A DNA stretch of 62,803 nt, filler included, from Reclinomonas americana ATCC 50394 (taxonomy: Eukaryota), in assembly GCA_048213135.1 (NCBI GenBank). It is 7 parts of 3 records of this genome, joined end to end, with 100 filler letters (N's around TTAATTAATTAA, not from the genome) between each part and the next. Parts side by side here need not be neighbours in the genome. Positions count along the whole stretch, not along the records: positions 1 to 15,143 come from PS015282.1; 6 more parts are not named here. One strand, 5' to 3'. Numbering within the stretch: position 1 is the first letter of the stretch; every line of letters begins with the position of its first letter. Made by a program: the position numbers and the translations under genes. The notes under the pieces are model-generated. The model saw nothing but the letters and a program-made list of their open reading frames with translations, ran no database searches and was not told where the DNA came from. Below, piece by piece: positions 1 to 13,223 of this stretch.

Positions 1-498
1 GGCGCCTCCGCATCTTCGTTCATTGTGTGAGGACCGCCCCAAGTGCGCCGCGCGGACATAGGTGAGCTCACATGCACACAAGGCATGCACGCACTGCACA
101 CACAACCATGCAGCCACGGCAGCAAGCTGATGCAGCATTTCGTTTACAAAAAGGAAAAACACACATACACCTCAAACAGAAACCACGAGCATCGCACACG
201 CACACAACACAAGAACACACNNNNNNNNNNNNNNNNNNNNNNNNNNNNNNNNNNNNNNNNNNNNNNNNNNNNNNNNNNNNNNNNNNNNNNNNNNNNNNNN
301 NNNNNNNNNNNNNNNNNNNNNNNNNNNNNNNNNNNNNNNNNNNNNNNNNNNNNNNNNNNNNNNNNNNNNNNNAAGTGGGGAAGAGAGAAAAAGCGAAAAG
401 AGGGGGGGGGTGAGAAGTGCCGACATGCTCGACGCGATGTGATCACTCACTCACTCACTCTCTTTGCGTTTGTCTCTCTGTGCAGCAAACAACAAAAA

Positions 499-3400
499 AT
501 GGACGCGTACCTGGAGAGCCTTGGTGCACACCGCCGCATCCGTCGCATTCTGATTGCCAACAATGGTCTGGCGGCCGTCAAGGGCATCCGATCGATGCGC
601 ATGTGGTGGAACGAGCATCGTGCACTCCGTCAAGGAGGCGATGCCGATGAAATGGGCAGCTCACGCGATGAAAGTGCCATGATATGCAAGGGAATTGATG
701 ATGATGAACTGGTGTTTGTGGTGATGGCGACGCCGGATGATTTGCGCGCGGGAGCGGCGTTTGTGCGGCTGGCGCAGGAGATTGTGGAGGTGCCGGGCGG
801 GAGGAACTTGAATAACTATGCGAATCCTGAGCTGATTGTGGATGTGGCTGTTGGTGAGTGAGTGAGCGAGAGATGGAGATGGGGGGAAGGAGAGAGAGAT
901 ACGGGATTGTCGGAGTTGAGAGATGGAGAGAGGGCGGAAGGGAGGGAGGGAGAGAGCGGCATGAGGCTTGCAGGATCGCCATCTGAGTTCATTGTAGGGC
1001 TTTGCAGTTTCAGAGAGTAAGAGAGTGGCATGGCAAGGAAAGAAATCTGAAGCTTGCATGATGCTTGTTTCAGATTTCTTTCCTTGCCTTCTCAATCCCC
1101 CTCTGAAGCTGCAAAGCCCCTACAATGGACTCAGATGGCGATCCTGCAAGTCTCATGCCGCTCTCTCCCTCCCTCCCTTCCGCCTCTCTCTTACTGGAGT
1201 AGAGAACGAGAAGCAAGGCAACTGTAAGAGACGTGAAGCTTGCAGGATCGCCACCAGAGTTCACTGTAGGGGGTTTGCAGCTCCAGAGAGTAAGAGAGTG
1301 GCAGGGCATGAGAATGAGATCTAATGCTTGCAGGATTGCCCATTGAGTTCATGCAGTTTGTGAATGAGCGAGAGGGAGAGACATGAGCCCTCTGCTTGCA
1401 TAAGATCATCTTGTAGTTAGCGAGAGACAAGGCAAGAAAGAGGAAGAAACATGAGACTTGCTGTATCGCCATCTGAATTCACTGCAGGGGCCTTGCAGTC
1501 AGTGTGAGGAAAATGCTATCGCCGTTAGAGTTCACAAGCTGGCCCTGCAGTGAGTGTGAGGAGAATGCAATATGAGACTTGCAGAATCGCCGACAGACTT
1601 TGCTTGAGAAGCCTTGCAGTCTACATAACACGCCATCCAAAGCGGAGCCACTCACTTCTCTCTCTCTCTCTCTCCCTCTCTCCCCTTCTCTTTCTCTCTC
1701 CCTCCCTCCCTCCCCCCTCTCTTTCTCCCTCTCCCTCTCTTCTTCCCCACCTCACAGCCCGTCGCGTGGACGCTGTGTGGAGTGGCTGGGGTCATGCATC
1801 GGAGGACCCACGATTGCCGGAGCTGCTTGGCGAGCGCGGTGTGGTGTACCTCGGCCCGTCGGCGCACTCGCAGCGTGCGCTCGGTGACAAGGTGTCGGCG
1901 TCGATTCTGGCGCAGAGTGCTGGCGTGACAACGGTGGCGTGGAGTGGCGACGGGCTGGTGGTGGAGGGTGCCGCGAATCATGCGCACGGCGACGCACCGT
2001 TGAGTGTGGCGCCGGCATTGGCGGCACGTGCGGCCGTCGGCTCCGCGCAGGAGGCTATTCGACACGCGGAACGCATCGGGTATCCGGTGGTCCTGAAGGC
2101 CAGTGAAGGTGAAAAGATGCAGGATGCACCACCTATTGTTGTTGCCGCCTGTCGCTGACGCGCGAATCGTTGCAGGTGGCGGTGGCAAGGGCATTCGCAA
2201 GGTGATGCGCTCGGAGGACATGGCTCGTGCCCTGGCACAAGTGCAGTCGGAGGTGAGGGGAGGTTCTTCGAGGGATGCATGTCGTCATCTTTCGTGAGCT
2301 CACCACGTCGAGTAGGTGCCTGGTTCACCGATTTTTGTAATGCGCGTTCTCGAGTCGGCTCGCCACATTGAGGTGCAACTGCTGGCCGACGAGCATGGTG
2401 GAGTGGTGGCACTGTGGACACGCGACTGCTCCGTGCAGCGTCGCCACCAAAAGATCATTGAGGAGGGTCCAGCCGATGCTGTGCCGGCGCCGATTTTGCG
2501 TGAGATGGAGCAGGCCGCTGTGCGCCTCGCCAAGCTGGTCGACTACCGCAGCGTCGGCACTGTGGAGTACCTGTATACGCCCACCGGTTGGACATTCCTG
2601 GAGCTCAATCCGCGTGTGCAAGTGGAGCATCCGTTGCGTGCCTCGATCACTGAACGCACGCACTCCGGTCACTCATTGTCGAATTTGTCGACACTGCAGA
2701 GTCACGGAGGGCATTAGTGGAGTCAACATTCCCGCCGCCCAATTGCTGGTCGGCATGGGCATGCCACTCGGCAAGTTGCGTCGGTCCTTTGTGATGGAGT
2801 TGGAGATGGGTTGGAAGCTGACGACTCGTGTGTGTGTGTGACACAGCATTCCCGAGCTGGGTCGCCTGTACGGTGCCGATCTCAGTCTGCAGCCGGTGCC
2901 ACGCGGCCATGTGATTGCCGCTCGCATCACCGCCGAGAACGCAGACGAGGGTTTCGTGCCAACGACGGGTTCGATTGAGGAGATCTCGTTCCGCAGTCAG
3001 CCACACGTGTGGGGCTACTTTTCGTTTGAGCATCGCGGCTCGGTGCACCAGTTTTCCGACTCACAGTTTGGTCACATTTTTGCGCGCGGTGAGTTGCCCT
3101 CTTGGTGTGAATGTCAGCGTGCCCAGCACACTGCTCACTCATGCTTGGCGGCAGGCGAGACACGAGAGGAGGCGCGACGACGATTGATTTTGGCACTGAG
3201 CGAGTTGGTGATTCGCGGTGAGATCTACAACTCGGTCGGCATGGTGCGCAAGTTGCTGGAGAGCGAGGACTTTGCCAAGAATCGCCACGACACACAATGG
3301 CTCGACCGCATCATCAGCAAGTCGGTGCGCGCCGATCCGCCCGACTTTATGTTGGGAGTGGTGTGCCGCTGTGTGCAGTCGGCGTACGATTCGAGCCGAC

Positions 3401-6400
3401 GCAACCGTGCTGCGTTCGTGCAACAAATCAGCCAGGGTCACATGCCGACGCGTACACTCGTCGGCTACTCGTTCCCCATTGAGTTTGTGTTTGCCGATCA
3501 CCTTGTTGCGTGCTGGCGAAGGGTTGTGTGGTGTTGAGTCTTTGTGCTCATTCCGTGTATCTTCACTGTAGGTTTGTGCGACGGCGTACATCTCCGGCAG
3601 CGACTCGTTCATGGTGGAGATGAACAATTCTGTTGTCCACGCCACTGTGCGCCCCATTAACGAAGCTGGTGAGTTGCACTGTGCGTGTTTGCTCGTTTGC
3701 ATCACAATTCCTCACCTCTTTCATACTTGCACGCCAGCTATTTTGTTGGTCATCAATCACGCCAGCCACACGGTGTACTGGCGAGAGGAGGCCGGTGGTG
3801 TTCGCATGATCATCGACAACAGCGTGTGCTTCTATCCAACGCAGAAGGACCCGTCAAAGCTGCGCGCCGAGGTGGCCGGCAAGTTGTTGCGGTGCGTGAT
3901 ATCCTACCCCTCTTGTTTGGTGCATGCTGATGTGCCTCTGACATGCTGTTCCATAGCTTCCTTGTGCCCGATGGCGGCCACGTGGACGCCGGCACGGCGT
4001 ATGCGGAGGTGGAGGTCATGAAGATGTGTTTGCCGGTGGTCTCGGCCCTGGGCGGCCGCGTGCATCACCGCATTCCCGAGAAGACGGCGCTGGAAGTCGG
4101 CGACCTGATTGCCGATCTGGAGTTGGACGACACGGCGGCCAGCATGCAGGCCGCACCGCTTAGCGACCCGTTCCCCGAGAGCATGCGCTTCCAGTTCTCC
4201 GACGTCAGCTTGCCCTCCGACTCGGCGTACCAGGTGTTGCAGCGCTCGCTGAAGGTCCTCTCGGGCATTATCGACGGCTACGCTTGTCCCGAGTCCATTG
4301 TTAAGGTACTCCCCGAGCTTTTTACGTGTGTGTATGTTGCTCTCCTGCTCTCGTGCTCACTCGTGGTGTTTGCTCCGTAGGGCATGATTTCGCGCGCTGT
4401 CGCCAACCTGCAGCTGGTGCTCGACGAGTCGGTGCCGTTCGACACATTTGTTGATGGCTTTTCCGTCTTTGAGAAGCTGCTGCCGCCACCAGTCGTCGAA
4501 TCGGTGCAGCGTGCCGTGGCGGCTGCGCGCGTCGACGGCGTGTTCCCGTTCTTTGAGTTGCAGACGTCGCTGGAGCCATTCACCGACGACAACCCAGAGC
4601 TGGGCACGTGGATGTCACGCTTCCTCAGTCGCTACCAGTGCCCGTGCGTGCCTCTCTGTTGTTGCACACCAAAAACACTGAAGTTCTCTTCATGCTGACT
4701 CTCCATACGCAGTGAGTTGATCCCTGTGCGCTCGCCGCGCACGCCATCGCCGACACTGTCGCCGGCCAGCTCCATGCGCTCCCTCAGCAGTCCACTGGAA
4801 AGCAGCATGCGGACAAGCGATTCGTCTGGGGACTTGTCAAAACGTGCGTGCAGTCTCACCAGTGTGTCGATGCAGACCTTCTTATCTTCGCTTCTGTGCT
4901 ATTGCGTTTGCATGACGACAGCGGTGCGCATCGACGATCGAGCACCACTGGCGCAGGTGGTCGGCGAGCTGCTGCAGCAGTACATTTCGACCGAGGAGCG
5001 TTTCGCCGTGGTGACCACCGACATCGAGATTGTGGCCAACCTCAAGGAGGAGTGCCAGGGAGATCACACCATGCTCTTTTCGTACATGTTTTCGCACGCT
5101 GGCTTGTCGTTGAAGAACACCGTTGCGTGCCTCTTCGCGCGTGCCTCTTCCCCGCTTCTTCCTTTACTCACAACAACCGACAACCCACAGGTGGTGCTGG
5201 AGCTGCTCAGTCTGATCCAGCACGAAGGACTGTGGTTCTCCAACGTGTCGCAAATGGTGCAGCGCTTGTGCTCGTTCCAGCGACGTGGCGGATACGGCGA
5301 CGTGCCGCTGCGTGCCAAGCTAATGTGCGCGCACTCCAAGCTCGTGTCGGTGGAGGAGCGCACCGCTTCGCTGCGTGAAATGATCGAGCGTGTGGTGGAG
5401 GAGCAAGGCAATGCAGGACCACCGGTGTCATTGGTTCGTGAAGCGCCTGATATTTGTGAAGTGCACTCCATCTTTTTCGTGTGCTCATGCTTGCGCAATT
5501 TTGCAGGAGAGTCTGGCGGGCGATTCGGTCTTCTCCATCGAGGCGATCATCTCCCTGTTTTACCAGGCCACTGGTGCGGTGCGACGTGCAGCGATTGAGT
5601 TGTACATTCGCGTGTCGCATCGCACTCTCCCGATTCACGAGATCCAGCATGTGGAGGTGTGTTGAGGGAGATACCGAATGCTGTGCCGTGTGTGTGACAA
5701 TCAATCCAAAAATATGACAGGTGGACGACGTGCCGGCGGCATTCTTCTTGTTCAAGCAACCGGAGCGCACGCCAGGAGTCGATGCGGAGAGTGGTGGTAG
5801 TGGCGGCGGCACTGGCGACAGCATGCAACTGCGTCGCATCCAGTCGATGGAGGACCTGCGCAGCATGCGACTGGCCACGGGTTTCCTCGGCGTGCTGCCG
5901 CACATGGACGATGCGGCTGACTTGCGCGAGGCAGTTGCGCGTTTCATTAGCGGTCTCGTCACGGGTCCACTGGAGAGCCATTTCGATCAGCCGACGCGAA
6001 ATTCGCACGTGTTGAGCATTGCGTTGCCGATGGACTACAAGAACCGCGTTGTCACTGACGACGAGCTGGTCACTTTGTTTTCGTCGAGCCTCGCCCCGTG
6101 CATTCCGCTTCTCACCGAGTTGAGTAGTGTGGCGAATCAGTGTGTAATATTTTTCTCTGACCGCATTCTCCCACAGGCATGGTTTCCGTCGCGTCACCTT
6201 TACTGTGTGCGGCACCAATGCTCCCGAGCGCTACCGCAACATTCGCTTCTTCACTTTCCGCTCGCGGTTCGACTTCAAAATCGATCCGCTGTACCGCGAC
6301 ATTGAGCCGGCCATGGCGCACCAGCTGGGACTCATGCGCTTGCGGAACTACGACATTGAGCTGGTGCCGTCCAACTCCAACCGGCCGATCCACATTTACT

Positions 6401-9400
6401 ACGCCAAGGCCAAGAACGACAAGGTGCGTGATGGGGAGAGGGAAAGGGAAAGAGAGAAAGAGAAAGAAATAAAGAGAGAGAGAGCCACACACGCAGAAAA
6501 GGATGTCTGAGAAAGAGAGAGAAATCTTGTTTGGCGCATGCTGATACTGGGCGTGCAATCATTCACAGGTTTCTCCGGGAGGCGTGTCGGATCAGCGGTT
6601 CTTTGTGCGTGCGCTGGTGCTGGAGGGCGACATTCCCATCACTGGACGCGGACAGGATATCCGCACCACGGAAATCGAGAACTTGTTCTTGGAGACGCTG
6701 AGTTCTCTCGAGCTGCTGATTGAGGACACCAAGACGTACGGGCGCACCTTCTACAACCACATCTACATGAATGTGCTGACGGTGTTCCCGACCAACGCGG
6801 AGCGCGGCCTCTCGGTGATCTCCAACATTGCCATCAAGTTGCGCCCGTAGATGCAGACAAACGCTGCGATCCCTTTTTCGCGACTTGATCTTGACCTCAC
6901 GGTGCTTTCAGCTGCGCACCACGCATCTGGAGCCTCGGTGTGCGTGAGGTGGAGATTCGCGCGTGCATTTCCACCCCCAAGGGCGAGATCCGTTCGATCC
7001 GCTTCGTCGCCAACAACTACCTGCGGTACGATCTCGGCATCCAGATCTATCAGGAGGTCAAGGACGAACTGAGCGGGTCGACTGTGTTCCGCTACCTCGG
7101 ACCGGCCAAGAGCAGCTACGGTGGTGTGCTCGAGGCGTACGACTCGTGGGTGCGTGCATGCAGCGCGCAAAGTTGATGTCTCTGTATGTGTTCCTGAGTT
7201 GATTTTTTGGTGAAACCAGGATGGACTGCCAACGACGACACCCTACCGGTGTCTCACGCCACTCGACCACAAGCGCATCGCTGCGCAAGTGCAGAACACG
7301 CCCTACGTGCACGACTATCCCGCGCTGTTTGAGTTGGCCGCGCAGGAACGGTGGCGCAAGTATCGCACCGACAATGCCGGCGCACCGATGACGGGCTCCC
7401 GCCACGCCAGTGCTGGTGCTGCTGGTGCGGCGACGGCGGCGGCGGCGGCGGGCGAGAGCGAGCCGGTGTTGCTGGCACCACCGCCCAGTTCGCGCGCACG
7501 ACGCCACCTGGCGACGTCCATGGCAGAGGGACCGGCGGGTCAGTCGTGCATTGAGGAGAAGATAGCTGTAGATAATGTGTGCAGGTGACTCATATTTTTT
7601 CGTGTCGCGCGCAGTTCCTGGACCTCGTCAATTGCCGTCGCTGTCCGAAGACGAGAGCCTCGTGACAGCCACGCGCCTTGTGCTGGGTGACGGACCCGAC
7701 GGGCTGCAGGAGGTGGAGACGGAGGAGTCGGAGGTGTTGTCGAGCACAGTGGCCATGGTGGCGTGGCGCATGCAGATTCGCACTCCCGAGTACCCGAACG
7801 GGCGGCCTGTCTACGTCCTCGCAAACGACATTACGGTCTCGTCGGGATCGTTCTCGCTGGACGAGGTTTGATGTCTGTGTTTCTGGCCAAAGGTTGAGGC
7901 AAGTGCCAACTCACTTTGATGTGTGCAGGATGCGCTCTTTGAGCGAGTGTCTCGTCTGGCGCGCAAGCACGGTGCGCCACGTTTCTTCATGGCCGCCAAC
8001 TCGGGTGCGCGCATCGGCCTCGATATGGACGTGAAGCGCCTGTTCCACGTTCTGTGGAAGAACGCAGAGTTGAGTGTGTGTCTGTGTGTGTCTTTTGTGC
8101 CTGTGATGTGGCGCGCTAACTCTGTGAGGGTACGCAACACGCACACACAGAGACCCGTCGCAAGGCTTTGATGGACTGTACCTGACGGAGAGTGAGCTGG
8201 CTTCGCTTCCCGAAGGCACCGTGTCGGGCTCATTCCAGGTGCACCCGAGCACTGGCGAGCGGATTTTCATGCTCTCGTCTGTGAACGGCGCCGATGGTGA
8301 GCGGGAGGGCTAGAAGAGCGAGTTCTTCTCCCATTCGAATTGTCGCTGACTTGTCATCAACACAGGCATTGGTGTGGAGAACCTGAGTGGCTCGGGACTG
8401 ATTGCCGGCGAGACCACACGAGCATATCGTGAGTCGTTCACGGCATCGTTTGTGACTGGTCGCACAGTCGGCATCGGCGCCTACCTCGTGCGCCTTGGTC
8501 AACGGTGCGTCGCTTCTTGTCGCCGTCCTCCTTCTTGCTTCTGCCAGCTCTCTTATCTAACTGTGTCTTGTGCAGATGCATTCAGAAGCGCGACGAGCCG
8601 ATCCTGCTTACTGGCGCTCCTGCACTCAACAAGGTACTGTGCCCTTGCATCAATCCGTGGCCCATTTTTTGTGCCAGTTCTGACGCAGCTCGTACACACA
8701 GGTCCTCGGTCGCACCGTGTACCAATCGAATGTGGAGATTGGTGGCACTCGCATCATGTACGCAAACGGCATCTCGCACCTGGTCGTCTCGGACGACTTG
8801 AAGGGTGTGGCGGAGCTCCTCGCGTGGCTGGCCTTTGTTCCCGAGACGGTGTCGTCGCCGCTCCCGGTGCTGCCGTCGTCGGATCCAGTATATCGCCCAG
8901 TTGCGTTGCTGTGCTGCGAGATCTCCGTGATCATGTGAGGCTGATTCGCATTGCAGGTGGTGGTGGCTCCGCTGCCGGACGGCTCACTCGATCCGCGCCT
9001 GATGCTGGCCGGTCAAACGGTGGGTGGCCTGTGGCGACCGGGCTTCTTCGATCGTGGCTCCTTCCGTGAGTACCTGGGCGGGTGGGCGCGCAACGTTGTC
9101 GGCGGTCGTGCCCGGCTCGGTGGTATTCCGGTTGGCGTCATTGCAGTGGAGACGAGGCTCACAGAGGCGGTGAGTGTGAAAAGAGGGAAGGGCAGGAGAG
9201 GTGGACGTGGTGCTTACGCTTTCTCTTTGTTGCGAGTCAGTGGCGACCAGCGGAACCCGCGGACCCCGACTCGGTGGAACGCTATGTGCAAAAGGCCGGC
9301 CAGGTGTGGTTCCCGGACTCGGCATTCAAGACTGCGCAGTTGATGGATGATTTCAACCACGGTATGTCACCGTGGCGGGAGGAGAAGTGATGACGCTGTT

Positions 9401-10432
9401 TGTGATGACATGTGAATGCGTAGGTGAGAGGCTGCCGCTGTTCATCTTTGCCAACTGGCGTGGGTTCTCGGGCGGTCGTCGTGACATGTTTGAGGAGATT
9501 CTCAAGTTCGGCTCGATGATTGTTGAGCGTCTTGTCGACTATGACCAGCCAGGTGAGAGCAGAAGAACAGAGGGAAACAAGACAAGAGATTCAGTGGCTG
9601 ACTATTTGTTGCGCTCATCTCAGTGTTTGTGTACATTCCGCCGGAGGCCGAGCTGCGCGGCGGTGCATGGGTGGTGCTCGATTCTTGGTGAGTGGGATTG
9701 CAAGAACCAATCCACATGAGCAATCCTTCCCCCTTACCACCACTATCCACTCTGTGCAGCATTAATGCGGCGCGCATCGAAATGTACGCCGACCCGTCGG
9801 CCTCGGGAGGTGTGCTGGAGCCGGAGGGCATTGTGGAGATCAAGTTCCGCGAGCGCGACATTCAGTCCGCGATCCAGCGTCTCGATCCGGTGGCCAATCG
9901 CTTGGCGGCCGAGCTCAAGGAGGCCAGCCGGGCGCCCGACAGCGCGGCGCGCTGCGCTGAGTTGCGCGCTCGCCTGACACAGCGGGAGACTGCGCTGGCC
10001 GGCACATATCACCGAGTGGCGGTGGAGTTTGCCGAGCTGCACGACACGCCGGTGCGCATGCAAGCCAAGGGCGCCATTCGCGAGGTGGTCCCGTGGGAGC
10101 AGTCACGCGCCTACTTTTACTGGCGTCTGCGTCGCCGTCTGCAAGAGGACACCGCGGTGCAGCGCATCATGCGCGCGGCGGGTGCCAACGCCACCACCGA
10201 GCGCATCGAATACCTCTCGCGTCTGCGCTCCGCCTGCGAGTCGCACGTCGACTGGTCCGACGACGCCGCCGTGGTGGCGCACCTGGAATCGCATGCCGAC
10301 ACCGTATGCGCCTCGCTGGAGCACGACGCCGCACGGCAGCGCATGCAGCACATGCTGCGCGAGTGGTGGCAGGCGAACCCGGCCGTGTGCGAACAGGTTC
10401 TCCGCGAGTTCCAGCCGCCCAGCAACAAATAA
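499..10432 (+). CDS. ACC1: Multidomain (cytosolic-type) acetyl-CoA carboxylase, multi-exon
   Basis: BC domain [60 protein letters not shown]; biotinylation motif EVEVMKM (~4005-4026); CT motifs [54 protein letters not shown] 499, TAA 10430-10432; about 30 GT-AG introns. Confidence 0.97.
926..1620. repeat. Fold-back inverted repeat (~926-1190) plus further degenerate direct copies of a GCTTGCAGGATCGCCATCTGAGTTCA unit inside ACC intron 1
   Basis: 1141-1190 is nearly the reverse complement of ~926-976; GGCAAGGAAAGAAATCTGAA pairs with TTCAGATTTCTTTCCTTGCC around a short loop; the core recurs near 1237, 1326, 1455 and 1576. Confidence 0.85.
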
Positions 10433-10557
10433 TTTTTACTAGCTTTCCTTTCCTTGCATGTTTGTTTGTTTTGTTTGTTTGTTCATAGTACTATTGTTGC
10501 GATTTAGAGAGAAGGAGATTTTAAAGACGATCGATATCCGACAAATCCGGCAATCTC

Positions 10558-13223
10558 ATGAGTGCGCAGTCGCCACCTCCTCCCGAGTTTGTTCTCCGCG
10601 GTCACCTCAGTGGCGTGACTGCAGTGGCCTTTTCTCATCACTCCCGCGCGCTGGTCTCAGGGTGCATCGCAGACAAAGAGAGAGAGAGAGGAAGACAAGT
10701 CACTCACTCTTTCTCTTACACACAGGGCAGAGGATGGCGAGGTGTGCTGGTGGGACCTGGAGAGCTTCCGCGTGAGCTCGCGTCTCGCCGACTCCTCAGC
10801 TGCAGTGCTCTCACTGCAGTCGCTCGACAACGAGCAAGACAGTGATCTGTTGTTGTGGTCAGTGTGTGCAAGAGTCACAGTCTCTTTCTCTCACTCAGTT
10901 ACTCATGAGTGTGAGCAGTCAGCGACGTGATGGGAGCGTATGTGCGTACGATGCACGTGTGGCAGAGTCGATGGCGTGGGCGGTGCAGTGTCAGAGTTGC
11001 ACGTTTTGTGCGGCCGAGGCAACGCGTGTTGGGTGCGGGGAAGAGGGGGAAAGGAGGAGGGAGGGAAGGGGGAGGGAAAGGGGGAGGGAGAAGGAGGGAA
11101 AGGGGTGGAAGGAGAGAGGGAAAGGGGTGGAAGGAGGGGAGGGAGCAAGAAGGAGACCGAAGAGAGAAAGAGACAGGGAGATAGAAGGGAGGGAGGCCGA
11201 GGCAACGCGTCTGGAGTGCGGACAGCGAAGAAGAAGAAGGAGGGAGGAGGGAGACAGGAAGAGAAGGAGACTGGGAAAAGAGGCAGGAAAGAGAGAAGGC
11301 AAGAAGGAGACAGGGAGAGAAGGAGGGAGACAGGAAGAGAAGGGAAGCCGAGGCAACGCGTCTTGGGTACGCCAGAGAAGGAGAAAGAGGCAGAGAGAGG
11401 GCAAGAAGGAAACAGGGAGACAAGGAGGGAAGAAGGGAGGCCGAGGCAACGCGTCTTGAGTGCGGGAAGACAAGGAGAAGGAGGAAGAAGGGAGACCGAG
11501 GCAACACGTCTCGAGTCTGCTCACTGTTCCTGTGCGCCAGCGACTCGTTGTGGCTGGCGACGCCTGCTGAGGACTCGTCGGAGGTCAGTCACCTCTTGTT
11601 TGGATCTCGTGCCAGCTGGAGACACAGCTTATTCAGTGGTGTGCAGGTGCTTCTGTGGGATCCTCGAGCGACGCAGCAGCCAGTGTGGTCACTGAGACCA
11701 CCGGCGACTGCGGATAAGCTCGGTGCGATCGTTTTCTCTCCGTGCGCTGAGTTGTCTGTCTGTCTTGGTTGTTGATCGGCGTGACAGGCATGCTCATGGC
11801 TCTGCGCTGGTTGCCGCTCGGCTCGGCGACACCTGTGCTGCTCGCTGGGTTTGAGAACGGGAGTGTGTCGGTCATTGATGTGCGCGGAGGCAAGGGCGAG
11901 TTCGCTTCCATGCTCGAGACCGACAGCATGCTACCAGGTTGGTCGCGGCATGAGTTGTCGCTGGGAAAGGGGGTTTGCTGACTGCCGACTTGCAGTGCTC
12001 ACGATGACTGCGCTGCCGGGCTCACGTCGCGTGGTGACGACGACGGCGGGGCGCGATGTGTCCGTGCTCGAGTGTGCCGAAGACGCTGTTGCGTGTGCCG
12101 CACTCCTTTGATTGCACGCAANNNNNNNNNNNNNNNNNNNNNNNNNNNNNNNNNNNNNNNNNNNNNNNNNNNNNNNNNNNNNNNNNNNNNNNNNNNNNNN
12201 NNNNNNNNNNNNNNNNNNNNNNNNNNNNNNNNNNNNNNNNNNNNNNNNNNNNNNNNNNNNNNNNNNNNNNNNNNNNNNNNNNNNNNNNNNNNNNNNNNNN
12301 NNNNNNNNNNNNNNNNNNNNNNNNNNNNNNNNNNNNNNNNNNNNNNNNNNNNNNNNNNNNNNNNNNNNNNNNNNNNNNNNNNNNNNNNNNNNNNNNNNNN
12401 NNNNNNNNNNNNNNNNNNNNNNNNNNNNNNNNNNNNNNNNNNNNNNNNNNNNNNNNNNNNNNNNNNNNNNNNNNNNNNNNNNNNNNNNNNNNNNNNNNNN
12501 NNNNNNNNNNNNNNNNNNNNNNNNNNNNNNNNNNNNNNNNNNNNNNNNNNNNNNNNNNNNNNNNNNNNNNNNNNNNNNNNNNNNNNNNNNNNNNNNNNNN
12601 NNNNNNNNNNNNNNNNNNNNNNNNNNNNNNNNNNNNNNNNNNNNNNNNNNNNNNNNNNNNNNNNNNNNNNNNNNNNNNNNNNNNNNNNNNNNNNNNNNNN
12701 NNNNNNNNNNNNNNNNNNNNNNNNNNNNNNNNNNNNNNNNNNNNNNNNNNNNNNNNNNNNNNNNNNNNNNNNNNNNNNNNNNNNNNNNNNNNNNNNNNNN
12801 NNNNNNNNNNNNNNNNNNNNNNNNNNNNNNNNNNNNNNNNNNNNNNNNNNNNGAGTTAACCTGACACGCTGGGTGTCGCAGTCTTCCCTCTCCGCCGTCC
12901 ACCGCATCTCCACGCAATCGGCTGGGTTTGGTGCGGCCGCCGCACGCCCCGACGGTCGGATCTTTGCCACGGGTGGCTGGGATGGGCAGTTGCGGCATCA
13001 CCACCACAACTACTGCTCACCTCTCCTCCCTCCCTTATAACTTTGCACGCGCAGTGTGCGGGTGTACCACGGCACCAAGTACCAGCCGCTGGCAGTGCTC
13101 GAATACCACACCAAGAGTGTGCGCGCCGTGGCGTTTGATACGGCGCCAACGGGTCTGCTGGCGTCGGGCGGCGAGGACCGACATGTGGCCGTGTGGAAAC
13201 TGTACCCGCCCAAGACGAGATAG
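10558..13223 (+). CDS. GNB1L: WD40-repeat protein GNB1L/ASA1-like (multi-exon, spans a gap)
   Basis: N-terminus MSAQSPPPPEFVLRGH; C-terminus RPDGRIFATGGWDGHVRVY...PLAVLEYHTKSVRAVAF...LLASGGEDRHVAVWKLYPPKTR* matches the GNB1L/Asa1 pattern. Confidence 0.8.
11014..11516 (+). repeat. Five copies of the exon-end/donor motif CCGAGGCAACRCGTSTYGRGT separated by purine-rich spacers
   Basis: Cores at 11014 (true exon end, donor at 11033), 11197, 11348, 11441 and 11496; the last four lie in the intron. Confidence 0.85.

Noticed and set aside
2633-2699. Non-canonical TT-AG introns (cutting after the G of GTTGCG)
   Set aside because: That register frameshifts conserved motifs (VEHPVTE, DAPMY); the GT-AG reading keeps them in frame.
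11014-11516. CRISPR-like repeat-spacer pattern
   Set aside because: Eukaryotic intron, irregular low-complexity spacers, repeat derived from the host exon, and no cas genes.
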